This document shows, in pieces, positions 25,102 through 33,589 of a stretch of 38,974 bases of DNA. The notes under the pieces are model-generated. The model made no database searches. It was not told where the DNA came from and saw only the letters and a list, made by a program, of their open reading frames with translations. The stretch comes from Deltaproteobacteria bacterium. GTDB taxonomy: Bacteria; Desulfobacterota; Desulfobacteria; Desulfobacterales; C00003060. The translations under genes and the position numbers were made by a program. The DNA lies in the NCBI GenBank assembly GCA_019309815.1, contig JAFDFO010000003.1, positions 1 through 38,974 of the forward strand, given 5' to 3'. How positions within the stretch are numbered: the stretch's first letter is position 1; the number at the start of each line of letters is the position of its first letter.

Positions 25102-26703
25102 ATGAATCGCACATCAGGGGTTCGAATTGAAGAGCTTTGGTTGGGTACCCGCTTCCTCCTGGAGTTGCCGTTTTTCCTGCGACGTCCGGTGCAAAGGAAG
25201 GAAGCGGACAAATGTCTCCGACTCCGTTTTGAGAAAAGGCAGCCCCGGTTTCTGAACCTGGTGCGTGACACCATTTACAGCGCACCTGGGAGTCCTTATC
25301 GGAAACTTCTTGGCTGGGCGGGGTGCGAGGCCGGAGACCTGGAGAAGCTGGTCCATCACGAAGGTGTTGAAGGAGCACTCACAGAATTGTGCCGAGCAGG
25401 GGTCTATCTTACCGTGGATGAGTTCAAGGGCCGTTGCCCGATCGTTCGGGGCAGTCAAAAGCTCACAGTTCAACCCCATCTCTTTCACAACCCAACCCCA
25501 TCTCCCTCCATAGGCATTCGAACCAGCGGCAGTCGAAGCGCCGGTATTCCTGTACCGGTGGATTTCGCGTTTATCCGAAGCCGCTCAATAAACGCCTTGC
25601 TCGGCCTGTCAGCCCGAGGAGGAAATGAATGGCATCATGCCGTCTGGGGAATTCCGGGCGGCTCGGCAATGGTTCACCTGCTGGAATTCAGCGGGTTTGG
25701 GATCCACCCTGTGAAGTGGTTTTCGCACGTGGATCCGGCGACACCGGGACTACATCCGCGCTACCATTGGAGTGCCCTCACACTCCGTTGGGCAGGATTC
25801 CTGGGAGGCGTGTCCCTTCCCGGTCTGCAGTATGTTCCGGTCAGTGATCCTTTGCCGATATTGGACTGGTTTATCCAGGTTCTGCGCTCCGGCAAGGTGC
25901 CTCACCTTCTCACCTACATGAGTTCTGCTCTGCGTCTTTGCCGGGCAGCAGAGGAAATGGGTGTCGAAATTCCTGGGGCTCAATTCACGGTGTTGGGAGA
26001 GCCGGTCACAGAGATTGGTCTGTCCACAATACGGCGGACCGGAGCAGAGGCCGTTTCCAGATACGGCAGCGCCGAGTGTGGAACAATCGGGTATGGATGT
26101 CTCAGACCTGAAGCGCCCGATGAGGTGCATCTCCTACACGATCGCGTGGCCCTCGTTCAGGTAAAAGAAGAGAACAAGGATGCGGGAATCCCTTCGGGCG
26201 CGCTTTTCGTTTCTACGCTTGAGTCAGCCACACCGTTTATTCTGCTGAATGTTTCACTCGGGGATCAGGCGGTTATGGTAGAACGCGACTGCGGGTGTCG
26301 TCTCCAAGAACTCGGCTGGACAAGACACCTGCACTCAATCCGCAGCTATGAAAAACTCATTGCCGGAGGCATGTCGTTCTTAGATACGGACCTGGCCCTG
26401 GTGATGGAGGAGACCCTCCCGGAACGCTTCGGAGGTGCTCCGACGCACTATCAGTTGCTGGAAGACAGTGACGAGGGGGGACTCCAATGTTTTCGGCTTC
26501 TGGTGCATCCCGAGGTGGGGCCGGTCGAACCTGAGGCAGTCGTCGAGACATTCCTGACCGCCCTCAGTTCGGGCAATGGGGTTGAAAGGATGATGGGTAT
26601 GGTGTGTAAGGATGCTCAGCTCCTCACCGTGGAGCGTACCCCTCCTTTGACGACAAGTTCGGGCAAGATTCTCCATTTTCACCAGGCGCGCCAGGCACCT
26701 TGA
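25102..26703 (+). CDS. PaaK/CapK-like adenylate-forming (acyl-CoA ligase-like) protein
   Basis: RTSGS (A3-like), GEP, RYGSAECG, LLNVSLGD...CGC, terminal SGK. Confidence 0.75.
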   Translation: MNRTSGVRIEELWLGTRFLLELPFFLRRPVQRKEADKCLRLRFEKRQPRFLNLVRDTIYSAPGSPYRKLLGWAGCEAGDLEKLVHHEGVEGALTELCRAGVYLTVDEFKGRCPIVRGSQKLTVQPHLFHNPTPSPSIGIRTSGSRSAGIPVPVDFAFIRSRSINALLGLSARGGNEWHHAVWGIPGGSAMVHLLEFSGFGIHPVKWFSHVDPATPGLHPRYHWSALTLRWAGFLGGVSLPGLQYVPVSDPLPILDWFIQVLRSGKVPHLLTYMSSALRLCRAAEEMGVEIPGAQFTVLGEPVTEIGLSTIRRTGAEAVSRYGSAECGTIGYGCLRPEAPDEVHLLHDRVALVQVKEENKDAGIPSGALFVSTLESATPFILLNVSLGDQAVMVERDCGCRLQELGWTRHLHSIRSYEKLIAGGMSFLDTDLALVMEETLPERFGGAPTHYQLLEDSDEGGLQCFRLLVHPEVGPVEPEAVVETFLTALSSGNGVERMMGMVCKDAQLLTVERTPPLTTSSGKILHFHQARQAP

Positions 26704-26836
26704 TGGGTTTATGTCTCTCACTTTGCCGGATGCTTTCTAAAGGGAATGAAGGATAGGAGTTCAACCTGGTAGAATAAAGCGGAAACAGGGTTTCCCCAAA
26801 ATCTTTTTGTAGTCAGATGCCTAGGAGGTCTCTACA

Positions 26837-28312
26837 GTGTCAGAGAGCAATCTAATCGAAAGAGCAAGAGAAATTAGAAGACAACTGAACACCGAACTCA
26901 AGGAGTTGCAACAACTGGGCTTGGAGATAGAGGATTATGAACAAAGAGGGAGATACATATACTTCTTTAAGAGCGGTTCACGAATAAAGTCGAAAGATGT
27001 GTTTTCATCACACATCTCTGACGTACAGGAGATAAATCTATACGTACACATACCGTTCTGCATAAACAGGTGTACATTCTGTTGTTGTTTCAGCACCGGT
27101 AAACAGCCGGAATCAATAGTAGAGGAGTACATCAATACACTAAAGAAAGAAGTGGAGCTACTGATAAGGACCTCCAGATTCGAGAATGCTGCCATAAGAT
27201 ACATCTATTTTGGCGGTGGAACCCCCACTTATCTCAGCGCCAAACAACTCGAAGATCTCATTGGATTTCTAAAGAGCAGACTGAACATTCTTCCCGACGC
27301 AGGTTTCACATGCGAAACGAGTCCTGAAACCACGGTTGGGAGTGCCGGGAAAGAGCGACTTCAAGCCTTACTGGAAAACGGTGTCAACCGGTTAAGTATG
27401 GGCATACAGTCCTTCGACGACAATATCCTCAAGCGGATTGGCAGAAAGCACAGTGCAAAGACAGCGATATCTGCATATAGAAATTCCCATGAGGCAGGTT
27501 TCACAAACATGAACATCGATCTCCTGTTCGGCTTACCCGAACAAACACTTGAAAAATGGGAAGCCGACCTGAAGATTGCCACTGACCTAAATCCTGGTTG
27601 GATTAGTTCATACCGTCTTCGGATAGAAAATCCAAAGATGCATGGAGCATTCATAAGAGAAGCCGATCTTTTTCCGGACAAAGAAACCGTCTTGTTGATG
27701 AATATCATGTCTATTGAAAAGCTCACCGATTCAGGATACCAACAGGCACAGGCCCCTCATACTTTTCTTCTGCCATCTAAACTACAACTCACCCCGCGCC
27801 ATTACCTGGGCGAAGAAGAACTTGGTCTTGGCGTATCGGCACGGTCCTATCTCGACGGTGTTCGATATGAGAACTTTCATAATCTAAAAAGATACATGGT
27901 GTCCGTCGACAAAGGACAGTTGGCAATTTCATTTGCAGGGAAATATTCCAGGAGGCAACAGATGGAAAGAGAGACTGTCATGATGTTCAGGGGGCCAAAG
28001 GGAGTCAATAGAGGTGATTTCAATACCAGATTTGGGCTTGACGTTGACAGCGTTCTTGGTGAACGCCTTCAAAGACTGAAAAAGGCAGGGATGATCACCG
28101 ACGATGGAGAAACCCTTAGATTGTCAAATAAAGGTTTGCTCTTTGCTGTTGAGGTACTCAAACAGTTTTACTCTCAAGACGCTGTTAGCAGGTTCAAGAA
28201 TATGATTTACAACAACGAATCGTTAAAAGGTCTCTTCCTCGACAAGAAGTATAGTAGATCCGGTGAAGTCATCGCAAATATCGTTAAGACAGTGGCTGGT
28301 TATGCAAAATGA
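26837..28312 (+). CDS. HemN-family radical SAM protein (possible class C methyltransferase)
   Basis: LYVHIPFCINRCTFCCC, YFGGGTPT, RLSMGIQSF, NIDLLFGLP.QT, LGLGVSA, HemN_C-like tail. GTG start behind AGGAGG. Confidence 0.88.
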   Translation: MSESNLIERAREIRRQLNTELKELQQLGLEIEDYEQRGRYIYFFKSGSRIKSKDVFSSHISDVQEINLYVHIPFCINRCTFCCCFSTGKQPESIVEEYINTLKKEVELLIRTSRFENAAIRYIYFGGGTPTYLSAKQLEDLIGFLKSRLNILPDAGFTCETSPETTVGSAGKERLQALLENGVNRLSMGIQSFDDNILKRIGRKHSAKTAISAYRNSHEAGFTNMNIDLLFGLPEQTLEKWEADLKIATDLNPGWISSYRLRIENPKMHGAFIREADLFPDKETVLLMNIMSIEKLTDSGYQQAQAPHTFLLPSKLQLTPRHYLGEEELGLGVSARSYLDGVRYENFHNLKRYMVSVDKGQLAISFAGKYSRRQQMERETVMMFRGPKGVNRGDFNTRFGLDVDSVLGERLQRLKKAGMITDDGETLRLSNKGLLFAVEVLKQFYSQDAVSRFKNMIYNNESLKGLFLDKKYSRSGEVIANIVKTVAGYAK

Positions 28313-28489
28313 GAAGGAGGGGGTTTTTGCGGACGCCCGACGGGTTTGAACTTGGACAGTGACTGCAACTTTTCATGATAAGAAACTCTTTTCGAAGACA
28401 ATAGACTTCATGAATTCAGAGCGACTGCGACTTCACGCAAATCCGACCTGAACACTTGGAAACTAGACCAAGGGAAAAGACATAAATAA

Positions 28490-29305
28490 GTGGTTCTGAT
28501 CATTACAGGACATCAACGCTCTGGTACCACATTGCTCCTGGAACTGTGCAACAGTCATCCCGACATCTCACTGACTATGGAATTTGGAAATTTTTGTTCC
28601 ATTGGTAAGCCTTATATAGTGTACATGTCACGGATGATTAAGCGGTGGTTGGGTATCGGGATAAGATATTGGCCTTTAGTCGTAACACAAGCCGGGGTCT
28701 TTACATCCATTGTCAAGAGGCAGAAGCGAATGACGATTGCACGAAACCATGCCTTTGTCCTGCATTATCTTTTCAAGATGTTGAGACATTGGCAGAGACG
28801 TGTAAATGTCCAGGCCATTGAAGCAACCCTCAAGAATATCTTTCCTGGAAAGCGCATTGTTGGTGATAAGTACCCTGATTACGTTTTTGAACTGAGCGAA
28901 CTGGCAGGCGCTGATAATCTGTCTATCCTGGTTATATGTCGTGATTGCAGGGACGTAACCAGCTCTGCTTTAAGGACGGTGTCCACAGCATGGCGAAACA
29001 TGCCGGTGCTCAGGAAGAAGATGGATACAGCCGAAAAAATTGCAGAACGTTGGGTGCAAGCTATTGAACTGATGGATCGCCACAGGGACAAATTATGCGT
29101 TATTCACTACGAGGACCTGATTAAAGAGAAGGAGCGGGAACTCAAAGCGCTTGGGAACTGGTTAGGCGTGGACCCTGCGGGTTTTAATGCAGAGGTGATC
29201 CGTGACAATACGATAGGAAAATACAAAAATGGTCTTTCAGATATAGACCTGATGACGGTTATGGACGTTGCCGGGCCGACAATGGCTAAAATGGGTTATC
29301 TGTAG
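28490..29305 (+). CDS. Sulfotransferase family protein (Sulfotransfer_3-like)
   Basis: 5'-PSB loop ITGHQRSGTTLL, SHP, GDKYP, RD.RDV.SS, IHYEDL. Confidence 0.88.
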   Translation: MVLIITGHQRSGTTLLLELCNSHPDISLTMEFGNFCSIGKPYIVYMSRMIKRWLGIGIRYWPLVVTQAGVFTSIVKRQKRMTIARNHAFVLHYLFKMLRHWQRRVNVQAIEATLKNIFPGKRIVGDKYPDYVFELSELAGADNLSILVICRDCRDVTSSALRTVSTAWRNMPVLRKKMDTAEKIAERWVQAIELMDRHRDKLCVIHYEDLIKEKERELKALGNWLGVDPAGFNAEVIRDNTIGKYKNGLSDIDLMTVMDVAGPTMAKMGYL

Positions 29306-29352
29306 ACCGTCTTTCATTGTCAGACTTCTTTTCGGTCAATATCTTTACATAG

Positions 29353-30495
29353 GTGACGAGCATGAATGATGGCTTGACATTGAGTGGGATGATTCCAGGT
29401 TGGACGTTTCCCTCAGGCGAAAAAGCAGAATATACGATAGGGGTTCTGCCGGGAGAGGGGATTGGTCCGGAGATTATCGAGGTGTCCCTGAACGTGCTGG
29501 ATGCCGTAACTCGAGGGACCCCCGCCCAGTTCGAAGTTAAAGAAGGGGGGGACATTGGACTGCTGGCCGAACAGAAGACGGGTCAGATTCTGACCAAGGA
29601 AGTTGTCTCCTTTGTCGAATCCGTGTTTTCAGCAGGGGGCGCAGTGTTGTGTGGGCCTGGCGGCGGACGTTTCGTCTATGAGCTTCGCTCCGAGTTCGAT
29701 CTCTTTTGCAAGGTCACCCCAATACGGCCTCTGTCCCCGTTGCTGGACGTGGGCGTCATCAAGACGGACAACTTGAACGACGTGGACGTCCTGATAGTGC
29801 GGGAGAACGCGGGGGGCATTTATTTCGGGCGATGGGAAGAAACGCAGGAGACGGATGAGTTAAAGGCCTCACACACGTTTGAGTATCGGGAGAGCGAGGT
29901 GGAAAGGATCCTTGGCGTTGCTGTCGCACTTGCCCGTGGGCGGCGTCGGCGTCTGACCCTGGTACTTAAGCCTGACGGTATACCATCCATCAGTCGCTTG
30001 TGGATTGAAGTATTCAAACGAGTGGTAAAGGATTCGGGTCTTGAGTCCCAGATCTTGCAGGTAGACTATGCTGCCTATCATCTCATCCATGCAGCTCAGG
30101 ATTTTGATGTCATTGTCTGTCCCAACCTTTTCGGCGATATTCTGTCTGACTTAGGCGGTTTGTTGATGGGTTCGCGCGGCATGTGTTTCTCGGGAAACTT
30201 CGGAAAGGAAGGGAGAGCAGTCTATCAAACCGGGCACGGCGCGGCTTATGATCTATCCGGCCGCGACCAGGCCAACCCGATTGGACAGCTCTGCTCCCTG
30301 GCCATGTTGCTTCGCGTGAGTTTCGGCCAGCAGGGGCTTGCACAGCGCATTGAGGCTGCCATGGGAAAGGTCCTTCGAGAAGGGTGGAGGACACCGGATA
30401 TCGTATCGCCAGGTTGCAGAGTCATCGGGACCCGGGAACTGGGCGATCGAATCGTTGAAGCAATTGAAGCGCTCAACGAAGCAAGGGCCGCATGA
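29353..30495 (+). CDS. Isocitrate/isopropylmalate dehydrogenase family protein (divergent)
   Basis: LPGEGIGPEI, IVREN.GGIYFG, FDVIV.PNLFGDILSD, HGAAYD..G...ANP. Confidence 0.9.
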   Translation: MTSMNDGLTLSGMIPGWTFPSGEKAEYTIGVLPGEGIGPEIIEVSLNVLDAVTRGTPAQFEVKEGGDIGLLAEQKTGQILTKEVVSFVESVFSAGGAVLCGPGGGRFVYELRSEFDLFCKVTPIRPLSPLLDVGVIKTDNLNDVDVLIVRENAGGIYFGRWEETQETDELKASHTFEYRESEVERILGVAVALARGRRRRLTLVLKPDGIPSISRLWIEVFKRVVKDSGLESQILQVDYAAYHLIHAAQDFDVIVCPNLFGDILSDLGGLLMGSRGMCFSGNFGKEGRAVYQTGHGAAYDLSGRDQANPIGQLCSLAMLLRVSFGQQGLAQRIEAAMGKVLREGWRTPDIVSPGCRVIGTRELGDRIVEAIEALNEARAA

Positions 30496-32525
30496 AACCC
30501 GTTCTGCTGTTAGTGGATCTGCAAAAGGATTTCCTGTCCAGGCCGGCCCTGGAGCCTCCGGCTGAGGAACTCATCCCACGAGTGGGGCAGTTGCTCAAAG
30601 GCTGCCGGGAGTTAGGCGTTCCCGTTATTCATGCCCATACAGTGGTTCGGGCTGACGGGGAAGACCGGATGCCGCACTGGAAGAGCGCAGGGATTTGGGA
30701 GTGTATTGCAGGCAGACCGGGTTCAGCCCCCCCCGAGGAATTGCAACCACGAGACCAGGAGCCGGTTTTTGAAAAGCAGTTCTACAGTGCCTTTGCTGAC
30801 AGGTCCCTTCACGCCACGCTGGAAGAGTTAGACGCAGATACGCTCATTGTAGCGGGGGTCTACCTGCACGGATGCGTGCGCTCCACGGTTATGGATGCCT
30901 ACGAACGGGGCTTCGAGATCTGGGTAGCAGAAGACGCCACAGCTTCCACCGAAGCCGTTCATGCAAGAGTAACCAAGGACTACCTCGCAGATCGCATGGC
31001 CACCTTCCTCTCCTCTGACACGATACTGGCCAGACTCAAAAGGAATGGAACGGTTCTCCGAACCCCTGGGGTGAGGGTCCATCCGGTAGGCAATATTGGA
31101 GGGGACTGGTTGGGGGCATCCAGCCATGGCCTGTGGGAACAGAGAAACCCGTCGAAATGGGACGAAATTCTGGGCCTGATACCGCTGGCGTCACGGGAAG
31201 AAGTAGCCGGTGCCGCCGCTGCTTCCAGGAGTGCACAGGTCGACTGGCGTCGGATTTCGCCAAGGTCCAGGAGCGAACTGCTTATTGCCTGGGCGGCGAA
31301 GTTGGCAGGGCGGGAAGCCGATTTCGCGGGTCTCATGGCACTCGAGCTGGGCAAACCGATCGGTGTCGGTCACGATGAGGTACGTTTTGCGGTGGAATTG
31401 CTCCACGAAACGGCCTCCATCGTGGCCAGAGAGCAGGCTCTGACGGGCTACGACCTAAATAGGGCCAAAACCCGTTCTTGTCCGGTGGGCGTCATTGGAG
31501 TTATTACTCCTTGGAATAACCCGATTGCTATTCCTGTTGGAAAGCTGGGGGCGGCCATTGTCTTTGGCAACGGTGTTGTGTGGAAAGCAGCCCTTCAGGC
31601 TCCCCGCACCACAAGACTGGTCCTTGAGACGCTGTTTGAGGCTGGACCGCCCAATGGACTGGTGAACCTCCTTTTCGGGGGTGTGAACACGGCTAAGCAG
31701 CTGATTCTTCAGCCCGAGGTTCAAGGGATATCACTGACCGGGTCTTGTGCAACGGGCAGGGAAGTGGCAAGGCTGTGCGCTCGTTTTCCGAAGCCCTTTC
31801 AGGCGGAGCTGGGAGGAAACAACGCTGCCATTGTCATGCCGGACGCAGACGTGGAAAGGGCCGCGCAGGAGTTAGCGCTGGCGGCTTTCAGCTTTTCGGG
31901 CCAACGCTGCACTGCAACACGGCGGTTCATCGTGCATCGAGACATACGTAAGGGTTTCATCGAGGCATTGGTCGCTTCCATAAACGCTTTGAAGTTGGGC
32001 GATCCCCTGGATGTTGAGACCCAGATGGGGCCGGTCATCTCCCGGACAAAGCAGACAAGGCTCGAAGACCTGGTGAAAGCTGCTGTTTCCCATGACGCAA
32101 GGATTCTGTGTGGGGGGAGAATTCCGGCCGAGTGGGACTTTGGATGCTGGTTTGAACCCACACTTCTGGACACCCCGGAACCGACCCTTGGCGTGGTTCA
32201 GGAAGAGACCTTCGGTCCGATCGCCGTACTTCAGACGGCCAAGGACTTGGATGATGCCTTGTCATTGCTCAACGGGGTACCTCACGGTCTTGTCGCCAGC
32301 CTCTATTCAGAAGACCCTGCCTGTCAAAGACGTTTCCTGGAAGGGGCAGAAGTCGGGATTCTGAAACTTAACCAGTCCACTTTGGGGGCAGCACCCGGGG
32401 CTCCTTTCGGGGGCTGGAAGGCCTCTGGCGTGGGCCCCCCCGAGCACGGTGTGTGGGATCAGATATTTTACACCCGACCGCAGGCTTTGTATGGACAGTC
32501 TCTGGATGAAGACGCACTGCCGTGA
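30492..32525 (+). CDS. Fusion protein: isochorismatase-family cysteine hydrolase plus aldehyde dehydrogenase
   Basis: N-terminal VDLQKDF / FEKQFYSAF / GCVRST triad. C-terminal ITPWN.P, LTGS, ELGG, GQRCTA, EETFGP, PFGGWK.SG. Single uninterrupted ORF overlapping the upstream stop (ATGA). Confidence 0.92.
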   Translation: MKPVLLLVDLQKDFLSRPALEPPAEELIPRVGQLLKGCRELGVPVIHAHTVVRADGEDRMPHWKSAGIWECIAGRPGSAPPEELQPRDQEPVFEKQFYSAFADRSLHATLEELDADTLIVAGVYLHGCVRSTVMDAYERGFEIWVAEDATASTEAVHARVTKDYLADRMATFLSSDTILARLKRNGTVLRTPGVRVHPVGNIGGDWLGASSHGLWEQRNPSKWDEILGLIPLASREEVAGAAAASRSAQVDWRRISPRSRSELLIAWAAKLAGREADFAGLMALELGKPIGVGHDEVRFAVELLHETASIVAREQALTGYDLNRAKTRSCPVGVIGVITPWNNPIAIPVGKLGAAIVFGNGVVWKAALQAPRTTRLVLETLFEAGPPNGLVNLLFGGVNTAKQLILQPEVQGISLTGSCATGREVARLCARFPKPFQAELGGNNAAIVMPDADVERAAQELALAAFSFSGQRCTATRRFIVHRDIRKGFIEALVASINALKLGDPLDVETQMGPVISRTKQTRLEDLVKAAVSHDARILCGGRIPAEWDFGCWFEPTLLDTPEPTLGVVQEETFGPIAVLQTAKDLDDALSLLNGVPHGLVASLYSEDPACQRRFLEGAEVGILKLNQSTLGAAPGAPFGGWKASGVGPPEHGVWDQIFYTRPQALYGQSLDEDALP

Positions 32526-32583
32526 CCAACCGATTTGTCAGATATACCTTCCGAATATTTTGCCTTGTGAGGGGATTTCCTGA

Positions 32584-33585
32584 TTGATGGATTCCTTTCA
32601 AGGTCCAACAGTCTCGATTATCATACCGGTATACAATGGAGGGGAGAAGTTTCGGCGTTGTTTGTCAAGTGTTGCGGCATGTACCCCTCCTCCGGAAGAA
32701 GTCATCGTGGTGGCAGATGGCGACACCGACGGCTCCTGGCGTGTGGCAGAGGAATACGGGACTCAGGTTCTCAGAATGCCTACCCCTGGGGGACCTGCCC
32801 GAGCACGAAATCTGGGCGCGGGAGAGGCAAAGGGGGACATCCTTTTCTTTGTTGATGCAGACGTGACCATCCCGCAAGATGCCATAAGCCAAGTCGCGGG
32901 GGCATTTCAGGACGATTCCGAGTTATCTGCTATTTTCGGGTCTTATGATGACGCGCCGTTTGAGACAAATTTTTTGTCACAGTACAAGAATCTTTTTCAC
33001 CACTATGTCCACCAGGGTGCTAAGGAAGATGCCTCCACCTTCTGGGCAGCTTGCGGGGCAATTCGCCGCGGGGTGTTTTCTGCAATGGGAGGCTTTGACG
33101 AGGCATACCGCCGACCCTCCATTGAAGACATAGAGTTGGGTTACAGGTTCAGAAGGGCTGGCCACAAAATTCGTCTCCTGAAGGGACTCAAAGTGAAGCA
33201 CCTGAAGCGCTGGGGTATTGTTTCCCTTTTGCGAGCCGACTTCTTCTACCGGGCCTTGCCCTGGACGGATTTGATTTTGCGTGAAAGCGAGTTCATCGAC
33301 GACCTGAACGTAACAATCTCCAACCGCGTAAGTGTCATATTTACTTACGTATTTTGCCTGGCCTTGTTGGGGTCGTGGTGTATGCCATGGCTTCTTCCTG
33401 TTGCCCTTCTCGCGATGATAGGGCTGCTTGTGATTCATTGGGATTTCTATCGTTTCTTCAAAGATAAACACGGCTGGGCATTTGCGGCAAAAACAATCCC
33501 CTGGCACTGGTTTTATTTCTTCTACGGCGGACTGGCTTTTGGTATAGGTTCTGCGAAGTTTCACTTTGAGAGACTAAGATCCTGA
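32584..33585 (+). CDS. Glycosyltransferase family 2 with C-terminal TM helices
   Basis: VSIIIPVYNG, VADG.TD, GPARARN.G, FVDAD, GGFDE, EDIELG.R. Confidence 0.93.
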   Translation: MMDSFQGPTVSIIIPVYNGGEKFRRCLSSVAACTPPPEEVIVVADGDTDGSWRVAEEYGTQVLRMPTPGGPARARNLGAGEAKGDILFFVDADVTIPQDAISQVAGAFQDDSELSAIFGSYDDAPFETNFLSQYKNLFHHYVHQGAKEDASTFWAACGAIRRGVFSAMGGFDEAYRRPSIEDIELGYRFRRAGHKIRLLKGLKVKHLKRWGIVSLLRADFFYRALPWTDLILRESEFIDDLNVTISNRVSVIFTYVFCLALLGSWCMPWLLPVALLAMIGLLVIHWDFYRFFKDKHGWAFAAKTIPWHWFYFFYGGLAFGIGSAKFHFERLRS

Positions 33586-33589
33586 TGGC

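Noticed and set aside
29353-30495. Assigning the symbol leuB
   Set aside because: Substrate-site changes and no leu operon context.
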